The position numbers and the translations under genes were made by a program. 64,000 nucleotides of DNA from Psilocybe cubensis (lineage: Eukaryota). Below are positions 25,229 to 37,900 of this stretch, piece after piece. The DNA lies in contig CM039005.1 in NCBI GenBank assembly GCA_017499595.2, positions 62,001 to 126,000 on the forward strand, in the 5' to 3' direction. The notes under the pieces are model-generated. The model was not told the DNA's origin, made no database searches, and was given only the letters and a program-made list of their open reading frames with translations. How positions within the stretch are numbered: position 1 is the first letter of the stretch; each line of letters begins with the position of its first letter.

Positions 25229-28200
25229 GGTTATGGGCCCCGTAGCCTAACGACTTGACACTCGACAAAGCGACTCACCTGAACCCAGACAATCATTGAA
25301 TTCTGACCCCCGATTGCCATACTGCAACCCGACTGGCGTCCTTATTGACGACCCGATCCCAAAAAAATGTCCAGCGCAAATCCGTTTATCTTGCCAGACG
25401 AAGAGAAGTACGACGGCTCCAACTGGATCCAGTTCAAAGCAAAAATCCGTGCTGTAGCCAAACAACGAGGCACCCTCGGTTACCTCGATGGTACCATTCA
25501 AAAACCCAGCCTGGACGACCCAAGTAAACTCGCCACACCAACCACCTACTGGGGAGCCGAAAACCCCACCCTTGACGAATGGAGACAGCGCGATAGCTGG
25601 ACACAGGGCCTAATTACTCTCAACGTCAAGAACGCCATTGGACTAGGCGTGAAGATGGAGGGGACGGCAGCTGAGACATACCGCTCCATAGCAGACGTTA
25701 AAGACGCTACAACGGACCTTGGGTGTATCACTGCTGAAAACGCCCTGAACGAAATCAAGTATGTCGAAGGGTCGAGCATGGAGGACCACATTAGCAAGCT
25801 GAGAACAGCGTGGGCCTACGCCAATGCACAAGGTGCCGACATCAAAGACGCCAAGTTCAGAATGATCGTTCTCCGATCCATGCCAACTAACTGGCTACCG
25901 TTCATTGGATCACTGCACGCCGAAACCACTTCATCCGACGTCATTGCCAGACTCATAGCCCATGCACAATTCATCAAATCTATTCAGCCGCCTTCCATGC
26001 CCACCACACACGCACTCGCAACCCAACACCGTCAGGTCCGTAACCCTCATTTAAAATGTTCCAACCCGGCATGCGGACGTATAGGACACACAATCGAGAA
26101 ATGTTTTAAGGAAGGCGGGGGAATGGCCGGACAGTACCCAGACTGGTGGCGAGGAAGGAAAAGTGGAAATAACGGACCCACGTCAACGGGAGGAGGCGCA
26201 CCAGGAGGCTCAAACAATAAGCAAATTGCAGCAAGTGCGGTAGCACCGGCGGTGACGGACCCAGAATTATTCTACGCATTCTCAGCCATGGCCTTTTCAG
26301 CACACGAGACAGACGATCCATCCATTGAGACATTTGCGGATTCAGCTGCCAGCTCCCACTTCTTCCCTCGTCGCGAGGACTTCACTGACTACCAGGAGAT
26401 CAATATGGAGCCAGGGACGACGGCAAATGGTGGCAATTTTTATATTGCGGGAATCGGAAAGGTCACTAAACATATTGTGTATGAGGGGAAACTGGTTACT
26501 ATCACCTTCGAATCAGCGTATCACACCCCCAACTTATGCCACAATCTCATTTCCATCGGACAATTGCTCAAGCGCGGGTATGAGGTTAGCTTCAAAGGGG
26601 ATCGAGCAGTCTTTATCAACCAAGCCAGCGTACCGTTTATGGAGTCAGAGCCAATGGGCGATGGTTCAATGTTCCGTCTCCACTTCTCCCACACAGTGCT
26701 GGTAAAACAACATGCCTACTCGGCCCGCTCCCTATCTAAACCCACAAACATCGAGCAGTGGCACCGGCGCCTAGGCCACGTATCCGAAGACACTATCCGA
26801 ATGATGACGTCCAAAGAACTGGTGGAAGGACTGACGATAACATCGGAGAAGGCGACTGGGATGTGCGAGGATTGCATATTCGGCAAACAGCACCGCCGCC
26901 CGTTTGACGCTGACGTCGAGCCAGAAACGGAGGCTAACTTGCATGCACACTTTGACACCTGGGGTCCGGCTACGGTGGCCACGCTTGGGGGTAAGAGGTA
27001 TATGCTGGAGGCAGTTGACGGAGGGACGGCATATGTGCAGGTCTTCTTCCTAGAGAACAAGGAAGCAACAAACACCCTGAAATGCCTTGACACGTACCAG
27101 AAACGGGGTGAGCGAATCACTGGGAACAAGCTGGTATTCGTACGCACCGACAACGGCACCGAATTCAAGAATCAACTATGGGAAGAGTATACGAGAGACC
27201 AAGGGATTACTCACGAGTTTATACCAACTTACTCCTCGGCCGCTAACGGTGTCGCTGAACGAGGGCATCGTACCATCCTGGATCGGGTACGTACCATGTT
27301 GCATGATGGTGGACTCGATGGGAGGTTCTGGGGGGAAGCAGCTGCGACTGCTGTTTACTGCAAGAACTTACAGCCGTCAGCCAGACACCCTGGTCCCACG
27401 CCGTCAGAACGATGGCACGGCAAGAAGCCCGATGTCAGCCACCTTCGCCCGTTTGGGTGTGTGGCATACGCAAAGATCCCTGATGCCATCAACTCGGGAA
27501 AATTGGCACCGCGGTCCATCAAATGTGTTCTGCTTGGCTATGCTGGAGTTGGAGAATACTGATTGCTCGACAAGGAAACAGGGCGTATATTCACGTCCCG
27601 GGACGTGATATTTGAGGAAGGAACTCCCCATCGTACCACCAGCACCACCGACGACGACGATGATATCGATATCAACTTCGGTGGCCCATCAGAACCAGAA
27701 GAACCAGAACTTGACAACCCGAACGGCACACACCATGAGAAATCCGAGGACATTGCTTCTACTCCAACACCATCCTTACAACCCTCAGTGCTCGTCGATG
27801 AACAGGCCACTCCTACAGGCACGGTTACTGCGGCTGCTGGGTCTGAGGAGGGGACTGTGACGACGCCGACAGCCAACGACCAACCAAAGACCTCGCGCCC
27901 ACGAATCAAGTACCCACCTGCGTCAAGATCATCCGCTAGGCTCAGGTCCATCAATACAGACCAGTCACCACCTTCCATTGACGACGGTACTGGCAACTCC
28001 TCTATGCCAGGGGAACTTGCAATGGCCAGCCAGGCGGCTGACGACGAGACGTGGGTGCCAACATCATATAAGCAGGCGGCGCAGCGACTGGACTTATGGG
28101 GGCCAGCTATGGACGCAGAGATGGAGATGATGCGACGCATGGGCGTCTGGAGACTGACTGAGCGGCCCAAGGGTGCTAGGGTCATGGGTACAACATGGAC

Positions 28201-29606
28201 ATTTGCAGTCAAACTGGACTCCGACACGGGCGCGGTAATCAAACGCAAAGCGCGAATGGTGGGTCAGGGCTATACACTTGTGCCAGGGGTACACATTGCA
28301 GAATGCCATGCAGCCTCCGTGCGGAATGAATCCCTACGCGCGAATATAGCGGTTGGAGTCGTTAGAAGAATGTTCATATGGCAGGCCGACTACACAAGCG
28401 CATACCTGAATGCTCCAAACAAAATAAAGATCCTTATGGAACAACCTGAAGGATACAAGGTCACGTCGCTCTGTGGTTACATCCCATGTCCTGACAAGGT
28501 CCAGATCCCAAATCCTTATGGGCCGGTTTACGAAGTCACCGCGTATGTCCCCGCTGGAGGAGAAGTTCACAAGGTCGTGGACAACCCAGGTTACTCCGCA
28601 CCGGCAGACGCTGAGGACAAGCTCGACCTCGTCGCAGTACTAGACAAGAGCCTCTATGGAGTTGGGGACAGCGGACGGAACTGGTTCAAGACCCTCCACA
28701 AGTCAATGTCCAAACTTGGTTACTACCAATCCCGAGCAGACCAATGCGTTAGGGCAAGGGTAATCAATGACGAACTAACCATTACCTGCACCTACACCGA
28801 CGACGTTACAGGTATGAGTGACACCGAAGAAGGATATAGGAAGGCGGTGGAGGAACTGGGAAAGGACTTTGAATTGAAGGATTTGGGGGAGCTGAAGAGC
28901 GTGATAGGGTTGGACATCAAGAGGGACTGGGACAACAATGCCATCACCATCTCGCAGGAAGCATACATCAAACGATTCCTGAAGAAGTACGGTTTTGACG
29001 AGGCGAAGCCCAAATACACTCCCTTACCTCCGGGAATCGTTCTCCTACGCAGCCAGTCACCAAGCACCGACGATGAGCGACAATTCATGAAGGACAAACC
29101 GTACCGCGAGATTCTGGGATCCATCATGTATGCCCAGATGGGAACGAGGCCTGACCTATCCCATGCCGTAGCCTCGCTCTCGCGATTCGCATCCGACCCG
29201 GGTGTGGAACATTGGAAAGCACTTACTCATGTATTACGCTACCTGCGGGCCACATCGCACTTCAAGCTTCGCTATGGAGGACCGAACGTCAACTCCTTCA
29301 CTCCCTCAATATACGTCGACGCTGATTATGCAGGAGATTCCGAGAAACGGCGATCTATGGACGGGTACATTGCTATGCAGGCGGGCGGACCAACATTGTG
29401 GAGTGCTAAGTACCAACACACAGTTGCAACATCAACCACGGAGGCGGAATACATGGCGCAATCGAGGGGTGCCCAACAACTTATGTGGATGTACTCATCC
29501 CTGGACGAGATCGGTCTCCAACAACCCCGACCCGCGCAGATGTACGGAGATAATCAATTGGCTTGCCACATTGCGAACAGCAGCACGGGAACATCGAAGG
29601 TCAAAC

Positions 29607-32600
29607 TGTTGTAAGGATAGTGCGCAGTGGTGGTAAAAGGTATCAATGTTCACGACGTAACTATACACCTGTACCTACAGTAGCTACGGAACCTGTAGTA
29701 GAATGATCTAGAAAAATATGATAAGATAACTACAATAGAAAGATAATGACTTAGCGACGAAGTCGCTCGCCGACTATCATTCCAACACTCCCCCTTAGTC
29801 GGCCAAAACTCCCAACTGCAAAATGAAACCGTCGTGTGCAACTCGAGGTAAGGCCTTTGTAAATATATCCGCCAAATTGTTTGAAGTGTTGATGTAAACC
29901 GTGTCGAGCGTCTTCTTCTCCACCAAGTCGCATAGGAAATGAAATGCAATGTCAATGTGCTTCGTACGGGCATGGAATTCTGGATGATGCGCAATCGAAA
30001 TGGCTGCCGTATTGTCGGTAAAGATGGTTGACGTCGACGGAATGTGGAAACCGAGCTCCGTAAAGAGTGAGTGGTGCCATAAGACTTGCTTCGCCGCATG
30101 CGTTGTGGAAACGTATTCTGCTTCAGCGGTTGAAAGTGCGACCGTATTCTGTTTCTTTGAGCTCCATGCCACAGCGCCGCCTGCTATCGTAACCACGTAT
30201 CCGCTGGTTGATTTCCGATCGTAGTTTTCAGCCCAATCGGCGTCGCAATAAACATTGAGATTTACGTCCAAAACTTGCAAATCGCCGCCGTAAGTGAGTT
30301 TGTGATTGCGCGTGCCCTTCAGATAGCGAAATATACGTTTGACAGCGGTCCAATGAGTCGATTTCGGCTTGCTGGTGAATTGCGCAAGTTTGTATACCGC
30401 AAACGCGATGTCTGGACGAGTTCCGAGTGCCAGATACATGAGCGAGCCGATGACCGTTGCATAACTGAATCCTAAACGCGAATTAACCTCCCCCTGACCG
30501 TCTCCATCCTCCCGAACACCTTCATCCTTATCCAATCGCACGTTTGGGTCCATAGGCGTCGAAACGGGATTTGCGTCTTGTAAACCAAACTTCTCGAGGA
30601 GTTTGTCGATGTAGTGTGCTTGCGAGAGCGAAATGTAATGGTCCTTTTGCTCGAGCTTGAATCCTAGCATCATCGAGGGCTGACCCATCGATTTAACGTC
30701 GAATTTCGAGCCTAATTCTCGCTCCAGCTGGTCGTTGAGCGAGTCGTTCGTTGAGAAACTGATTATGTCGTCCACCCAGGTAACTAAAATCGTAAAATCG
30801 CCGTTTTCAGCTCGACGGATGTAGCAGCAGTAATCGCTCTTGAGTTTCGTAAAACCGAATGAAGTGAGAGCGTTATCGAGTTCATGGTTCCATACGTTTC
30901 CTGCCTGCTTGAGACCGTAAAGCGAACGAATGAGACGGCATTCCTGACCAGTGCCATCGTCATAACCGGGTGGTTGGACCATATAAATCTCCTCCGAGAT
31001 GTAACCGTGCAAATATGCACCCTTTATATCGAATTGACGCATCTTGAGATTGTGTACGGCCGAATATGCGAGTAGCGAGCGTAGCGTGTCGAATCGCATG
31101 ACTGGTGCGAATGTTCCGTCCTTGCTGTAGTCTGTACCAGGTCTCTGAGAGCATCCCTGAACGACTAGTCGGGCCTTGTACTTGATGACGTTCCCGTTTT
31201 CGTCCCGTTTCTTCGCGTAGACCCAACGGCATCCAACCAGTTTCCTTCCATCCGGAATCTTCATCATCTCCCAAGTACCCATCCGTAAAAGCGTCTCGAT
31301 TTCTTCGTCCATAGCTGCCTTCCACGCAGCTGCCTCACAGCTTTCCAAAGCTTCTTCAAGTGTCCGAGGTACGTCCGATTCGCGCATGGCGAAGACACGT
31401 TCCGAATCGTCTAAAATCGCGCCCCACAGCTGTTCTTTGACAATGTTTGCTTGCTCTGTTGCTGTAGACTTTGCGCTCGAGGTCTCGGTCGATTTTGTAG
31501 CGATTTGTGGTGCGTTTGGAGTCGTTTGGGATCGTGTAGTCGGTAAACGAGCATTCGGGTTGTTTGCCTTCTTGTAATCGATGAAATTGTGTTCACGAGC
31601 TGATCGACGTATGCTGGGCTGTGGAATCGGTGCTGTAGACGAAATAGGTTCGTTCTTGACGGTTTCTGGCTCGTTTTCGCTGGATTTAACGTCTGTCGAT
31701 TCGTTACGCTCCCCCTCAGACAATAATCCAGGAATTTCGACGTTCTGCGGCGTTTCGTTTTCATTAAACGATACGTTTCGCGATGACTTCACTGTGCGCG
31801 ATTTGGGATCGTAATAACGCACAGACTTCGAGCCTTCATTAAAACCAACGAATACCTTCTTCTTCGACCGTGGCTTGAGCTTCGAAAGCCCCTTCGTCTC
31901 GTCTAACACCCATACATCGCATCCGAACTCCCGAAGGTGAGAAACATCCGGTTTCTTATTGTGCCAGCCTTCATATGGTGTCTTGTCGTCGAGTGCTCGA
32001 GTAGGCGCGCGGTTGCGTAAATAATTCGCGTAATTGACCGCTTCGTCCCAGAGAAAGAGAGGTAAATTCTTCGCAATAATCATCGCACGTGCTAGCTCCA
32101 ACAGCGTACGATTGTAGCGCTCTGCGACGCCGTTCTGAGATGGGGAATATGGCGCCGTCGTCTCGATTTCAATGCCTCTCTCCGCCGCCCACTTCTTAAT
32201 CCGCTCGTTCACGAGTTCCTTGCCATTGTCCATGCGAATGTACCTCGGATACTGCCCAAACCTCCTCTTCACTCGCTCCCCATGATTCTCAATCGCCTTC
32301 GCCGCCTCCTTCTTGTCCTTCAAGAAAACCACGCCGTTGTATCGCTTCGCGTCGTCCATAAACGTAATGTAGTAATAAAATCCATTTACCGAGCGTGTTC
32401 CGATAGGACCCCATATGTCGCTCATGGTTCGCTCTCCAGGAACCGTGGATCGATTTTCTGCTTCTCCAGGGAAAGGATTATGCGTCTGCTTCGCTTGGAT
32501 GCACGCCTCGCACGATGGGGATGGAATAGATGTTTCGTCCACGGAAAGACCAACGACGAGATCGTTCCGGACGAGTTTCTGCAACGACGACACTGAGATA

Positions 32601-34241
32601 TGGCCAAAACGACGATGCCATTGATCCCAGGTGAGTTTTGGCGAGACGTAGTTGACCTGTTCCCCTGAATTAAGCTGAGCGCGAGCGTGAAGAATATACA
32701 TCTGACCGCGTTTCGACCCTTTTCCAATAACCTTATCCTTCGCATCCATCAAAAGAACCTTCCCATTCTTAAACGACGAGCTCCTCCCATCCCTCTCAAA
32801 CCTTCCGAGCGACATCAAAGCATTTTCGGCTTCAGGGATGTGTAAAACGTCTTTCAAACGATGAGTAATCGTCTGCCCGTCGACATCGAAGTTGAGGATG
32901 ACTGTTCCGCGGCCTGCAATGATAGCTGGACTCTTTCCGACACCACGAACGGAGGAATTAACGAGTGGCATATACTCGATGAAGGCTTCACGGACGGGAC
33001 AAACGTGACTGGTGGTTGCAGAATCGTAAAGCCAGTCGTAACGAGAAAAGTTCGACGTCGAGTACGTGTGGTACGCAACCTCATCGTTGAGCGTAGTGTT
33101 GACGTCCTCCCGAGCCTGATTCGTCCGCCCTCTATTCTTCGTCTTCCGCCCCCTCGGACCCTTTCCTTCACGACCTCCGCCCTTCGCCCAGCAATCCTTC
33201 GAAATGTGCCCCATCTTGTTGCAATTATAGCACTCCTTCCCGCCGCTGCCATCCCTCGAACCATTACCCTTTCCATCCGACGACCCTTGACCTCCACGAA
33301 CTTGAAGCGTAGTCCCTCCGGCACCATCACCTCCACGCTCCTTCCGACGACGAGCTTCTTCAAGAAGAACACCAACGAGCTCCTGCGAAGTGAGAGTAGG
33401 TCGGTTCCCACTCGAGCCCAAGAAAGATGACGCATAGTTCTCCCAAGATTCCGGCAGCGAGGTGAGCAAGATCATGACGAAATCTTTGTCCGAAACAATG
33501 CTGCCCATGATGTGCAGCTCCTCCTGGAATTGACGTAGCTTTGCGATATGCTCTGCCATGTCGCATCCCTCCTCTGCGGTTGCCCGGAAAAGTGCTCGTC
33601 GTGTCGCCAAAACACCAAGTCGTCCCTTGGATTCCTTCACTGTGCACAACTGCGTCCACATCTCGCGTGCCGTGCGCGCTCCCAGGACGTGTACCATTTC
33701 CGCATCGCTTAACGCGAGTTCGATCCTGCATCGCGCTTTCGCATCTCCCTTATCCCACGCTGTCTGAGCTGCGATTTCTTCCGCCGTGGGTGCGTTCGGT
33801 TTCGCTGATCCTGGTCGAAGCGACGTGCCGTCCACGTATTTCTCCAGTCCGAGGTCCACCAGTACTGCTAGCATGCACCGCTTCCACGGCATCCAATTGT
33901 GGGCCTTCAGTGTGTCGATGCGATATCCGCCGATGTTGACTTCCGCGGTTGTCGAGTCGGCCATTTGACTTCAAGTGCGAGTTTAGATATAGATCGATAA
34001 GAATAGAACGAGTTTAAAAACAAAGCAAGCTTTAGTTATGACCTTTCGGGGCCCATAACCTGTTGTAAGGATAGTGCGCAGTGGTGGTAAAAGGTATCAA
34101 TGTTCACGACATAACTATACACCTGTACCTACAGTAGCTACGGAACCTGTAATAGAATGATCTAGAAAAATATGATAAGATAACTACAATAGAAAGATAA
34201 TGACTTAGCGACGAAGTCGCTCGCCGACTATCATTCCAACA
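29607..34241 (-). mobile_element. Ty1/copia LTR retrotransposon 2, inserted antisense into the RNase H of copia 1
   Basis: 181-bp LTRs at 29607-29787 and 34061-34241 (2 G/A differences seen), TSD CAAAC (29602-06, 34242-46), PBS GGTTATGGGCCC (minus, 34049-60), PPT AAGGGGGAG. Confidence 0.97.
29795..33964 (-). CDS. Copia 2 gag-pol polyprotein, 1389 aa, open frame
   Basis: CYNCNKMGHISKDC, YDSATTSH, WHRRFGH..CEAC, DNGKE..NGVAER, KARLV, SLYGLKQAG, WVDD, DADWA, KHIDIAFHF, ADIFTKAL. Confidence 0.96.
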   Translation of the reverse strand: MADSTTAEVNIGGYRIDTLKAHNWMPWKRCMLAVLVDLGLEKYVDGTSLRPGSAKPNAPTAEEIAAQTAWDKGDAKARCRIELALSDAEMVHVLGARTAREMWTQLCTVKESKGRLGVLATRRALFRATAEEGCDMAEHIAKLRQFQEELHIMGSIVSDKDFVMILLTSLPESWENYASSFLGSSGNRPTLTSQELVGVLLEEARRRKERGGDGAGGTTLQVRGGQGSSDGKGNGSRDGSGGKECYNCNKMGHISKDCWAKGGGREGKGPRGRKTKNRGRTNQAREDVNTTLNDEVAYHTYSTSNFSRYDWLYDSATTSHVCPVREAFIEYMPLVNSSVRGVGKSPAIIAGRGTVILNFDVDGQTITHRLKDVLHIPEAENALMSLGRFERDGRSSSFKNGKVLLMDAKDKVIGKGSKRGQMYILHARAQLNSGEQVNYVSPKLTWDQWHRRFGHISVSSLQKLVRNDLVVGLSVDETSIPSPSCEACIQAKQTHNPFPGEAENRSTVPGERTMSDIWGPIGTRSVNGFYYYITFMDDAKRYNGVVFLKDKKEAAKAIENHGERVKRRFGQYPRYIRMDNGKELVNERIKKWAAERGIEIETTAPYSPSQNGVAERYNRTLLELARAMIIAKNLPLFLWDEAVNYANYLRNRAPTRALDDKTPYEGWHNKKPDVSHLREFGCDVWVLDETKGLSKLKPRSKKKVFVGFNEGSKSVRYYDPKSRTVKSSRNVSFNENETPQNVEIPGLLSEGERNESTDVKSSENEPETVKNEPISSTAPIPQPSIRRSAREHNFIDYKKANNPNARLPTTRSQTTPNAPQIATKSTETSSAKSTATEQANIVKEQLWGAILDDSERVFAMRESDVPRTLEEALESCEAAAWKAAMDEEIETLLRMGTWEMMKIPDGRKLVGCRWVYAKKRDENGNVIKYKARLVVQGCSQRPGTDYSKDGTFAPVMRFDTLRSLLAYSAVHNLKMRQFDIKGAYLHGYISEEIYMVQPPGYDDGTGQECRLIRSLYGLKQAGNVWNHELDNALTSFGFTKLKSDYCCYIRRAENGDFTILVTWVDDIISFSTNDSLNDQLERELGSKFDVKSMGQPSMMLGFKLEQKDHYISLSQAHYIDKLLEKFGLQDANPVSTPMDPNVRLDKDEGVREDGDGQGEVNSRLGFSYATVIGSLMYLALGTRPDIAFAVYKLAQFTSKPKSTHWTAVKRIFRYLKGTRNHKLTYGGDLQVLDVNLNVYCDADWAENYDRKSTSGYVVTIAGGAVAWSSKKQNTVALSTAEAEYVSTTHAAKQVLWHHSLFTELGFHIPSTSTIFTDNTAAISIAHHPEFHARTKHIDIAFHFLCDLVEKKTLDTVYINTSNNLADIFTKALPRVAHDGFILQLGVLAD

Positions 34242-34915
34242 CAAACACATCGATATACGGTCACACTACGTTCGGGAATGGGTCGAAGAAGGCGACATAC
34301 GAATCGACTACATTCCTAGCGAAGAGAACTTAGCCGACCTCCTAACAAAACCATTGGGAAGATCACTCCACTGGAAATTCTGTGCTGCCATGCGTCTATG
34401 CGACCCGAGCGATCCACTTATCCGCCGTACTGAGGATTAGTCCGTCGGGGGAGTGTTGTAGGGACTGTCAGGGCAACACTATAATCAGTGTGACAAGGCC
34501 ACCAACAAAGATTAAGCAAGAGAGAGAAAGAGAGAGCAGAGGGAGAGTAAGAGAGCAAAGAGAGAATAAGAGAGTGAGAGAGATTCAATGGTTCTAAGAG
34601 ATCACACCAATGATAGTGGATATCCTAAGAGATTGAAGCTGAAGCTACAGCTACCTACAAGTCCAGTATTTATACTCTACAGCTATTCTAGAATATTCCC
34701 TACATTACATCATAAAGGAAGGTTAAAGAATAAAAGTGACATCATATAGAAAAAGGATGAGTAAGACTAGGAATCATATAGAATTTACTAGAAAGAAGTG
34801 GAGCAAGAAGGCTGTGATGAAAGAAATAAACTATCTAATCAGATAATTGATAAGATAATGAAAGAATAAGATAATTCTGTGAAGATAAAGAGGGGAAACT
34901 GGAGAAACCCTGACA

Positions 34916-37900
34916 TCACCCCCTCTCTAAGGCACATTTTCCACAATGTGCACATGGATGGGTTAGTTTAGAGGGTTTAAGAAGAGGAGGAGGTTCAGTA
35001 AAGTTAATAATAGGAGTGAAAGAAAGTCTATCAAAGGTCACAGCAGAAATCCTTCTAGGTGCTGAAGGATGTTTGGCATGGAAGTCCTTGATAGCCTTAG
35101 AAGCATTTTTCAAATGCTCTGCAGGCTCCCAAGTGCATTCTTCATTAGGATAGTTCTTCCACTTGACCAAATATTGAAGTTTGTTTCTAAAAAGTCTGCT
35201 GTCCTTGATAAATTCAACTTCCCACTCAGGATTTTCTCCTTGAATGACAGGAGGTGGTCTAGAAGGAGGCTTTCTTCCTACAATATCTGGGTGATAAGGT
35301 AGAAGTTTAACCACATTGAACACTGGATGGATTTTTATGGTAGATGGCAGCTTAAGCTCATAGGCATTAGGGCTAATAACTTTGGTAATTTTGTAAGGCC
35401 CATATCTTTTATCATCCAATTTCTTGGAGGGCCTATCAGTTTTGAGGTCCTTGCCATCTAACCATACCAAATCCCCAACTTTGTACTGAGTTGGAGTACC
35501 TCTGTGTCTATTATAGAATTTAGCCATGTCATCAGAAGCTTTTCTAAGTGCAGACTCTGCTTCTTTCCTGGCTTCTTCCATATTTTTCACAAAGGTATCC
35601 ACAGTGTCCATTTTACTATCTCTAAGGGGTTCAGTGCCCATTCTGGGATGTCTGCCATTATTGAGCATGAATGGTGTCTGCCTGGTTGAAGCCTGAACTC
35701 TATTGTTATAAGAGAATTCAGCTAGAGCTAACCATTCAACCCAATCATCTTGTCTATGGTTTATAAAGAGTCTAAGATACTGCTCAATTTCTTGGTTAAC
35801 TCTTTCAGTCTGACCATCAGTTTGGGGATGGTAGGCTGTAGATGAGGCTGTCTGGATACCAAGTATTGAGTTGAGTTCTTTCATAAACCTTGAGACAAAC
35901 TGTGGACCTCTATCACACAGAATTTTAATGGGTAAGCCATGGTGTTTCCAGACATAATCTCTGTATAGTCTGGCTGTCCCTTCAGAAGTGACTTCATCTG
36001 TAGTAGGGATAATGTGGATCATTTTACTAAGTCTATCCACAACCACCATAATAGCATTATACCCTTGACATTCTGGTAACCCCATAATAAAGTCCACAGA
36101 GATGCATTGCCAGACATCAGAGGGAATCTCAGTAGGAATTAAAAGGCCAAGAGGTTTGGCTGGAAAGGTTTTGGTTCTGTTGCATCTATCACAACCTCTG
36201 GTATAGGCTGCAATAAAATGTGACATTCCTGGCCACCAATAATTCCTAGAGACTAGCTCAATTGTCTTCCATTTCCCTGGATGTCCAGCAATGAAGGCAT
36301 CATGGTGCAGTTCCACAATCTTTCTTCTAAGATCTTTGTCCTTGGGAACATACACCTTCCCCCTGTAGAGAATAAGGCCTTGTTCTTCTGACCATTCCTG
36401 TCCTTCAATCTTCTTGGTAGAAGATTTCTTGAGCTCCTGAACTGCCTTGACCACCTTTTCATCCATCTCCTTAGCTTCTCTAATCTTCTTAAGAAGATCA
36501 TTTTCTGCACCAGTAATGGTAGCATGACCCTGCTTGAGAGCCTGGATTTTAAAGTAGGAAGGTTTGAGGAGAACTACATTTTGGTTATCATTCTCTCCCT
36601 TTTTATGATCTGGTCTCCTAGACAAAGCATCTGGCTTAAGAGATCTTTTACCAGGCCTATGATGAAGAGTAAAATCAAATCTGGACAGGAAGAGTGACCA
36701 TCTGGCTTGCCTTCTGCTGAGCTTTTGGGCAACCATAAAGTACTCTAAGTTTTTGTGGTCTGTCCAAATCTCAAAGGAATGTTGGGTTCCTTCAAGATAA
36801 TGTCTCCATTCATCTAGTGCTCTGATAATAGCCAGCATCTCTTTGTCATGGATCTCATAATTCCTTTCTACTTCAGATAGACTCTTAGACATAAAGGCTA
36901 CAGGATGCCATTTCCCATCTGATCCTTCCTGAGATAAAACAGCCCCAGTAGCATAATCTGAACTGTCTGCTTCAACTTTATATGGCTTGTTATCATCAGG
37001 GAAAATCAAGACAGGTGAAGAAGTGACTTTCTTCTTTAACTGGTCAAAGGCTTCCTGCTGTCTAAGACTCCATCTCCAGACTGTTCCTTTCTTTGTCAAT
37101 TCATGAAGGGGCTTAGCAATGTCTGCAAAATCCTCTATGAACCTTCTATAAAAATTAACAAATCCCAAGAATGATTGGACATCCTTGACATTTTCAGGTT
37201 CAGGCCATTTAGAAACTCCCTCTACCTTGACAGGATCCATCTCAATCCTGCCTTGTGAAATGATTAGTCCAAGATATTCAATCTTTTCCTTTTCAAATTC
37301 ACATTTCTCTGCTTTAAGGTAGAGTTTGTTCTGTTCTAAGATTTGCAGAACTTGCTTGACTACCTCTCTATGATGATCAAGAGTCTCAGTGAAAATTAAA
37401 ATGTCATCCATGTAGACAATGACAACATTTCCATCAATGAGCTCAATAAAGATATCATTCATCATAGTTTGGAAGGTAGCAGGACTATTGGTTAAACCAA
37501 AGAACATGACCAATGGTTCAAACAGCCCTCTATTGGTTCTAAAGGCTGCTTTCCATTCATCTCCCTTTTTGATTCTGACATTGTTAAATCCCCACCTAAC
37601 ATCAAGTTTGGTGAAGTATTTGGCTTTGCTGAGTTTGGTGATGATGTCAGAAATCAATGGAAGGGGGTAGGAGTTCTTGATGGTCATTTCATTCAGTTTC
37701 CTATAGTCCTGGACAAGCCTAAGAGATCCATCCTTCTTCTTGACAAAGAATACAGGGGAGGCCATAGGTGACTTGGAGGGTCTAATCCTGCCAGACTTCA
37801 GATTTTCCTCTAAAAAGGCATCAAGTTCCTTTTGTTCATTGGGAGAAAGAGGATAAATCTTGGATCTGTAAGGTTCAGAACCAGGTTTCAGCTCAATAGC

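Larger units (their letters stand above)
25367..34440 (+). pseudogene. Copia 1 gag-pol polyprotein (gag, Zn knuckle, PR, IN, RT, RNase H), disrupted
   Basis: CSNPACGRIGHTIEKC, ADSAASSH, WHRRLGH..CEDC, integrase DDE motifs, YTDD, YVDADYAG. In-frame TGA at 27560 (expected CGA in YRLLD). Interrupted at 29606 by copia 2 and resumes in frame at 34247 (K-HIDIRSHYVRE..NLADLLTK) to TAG 34440. Confidence 0.93.

Noticed and set aside
27560-27562. Programmed stop-codon readthrough between ORFs 25367-27562 and 27563-29614
   Set aside because: The stop lies after the integrase core at a conserved Arg (YRL), not at a gag/pol boundary; CGA>TGA damage is the simpler explanation.
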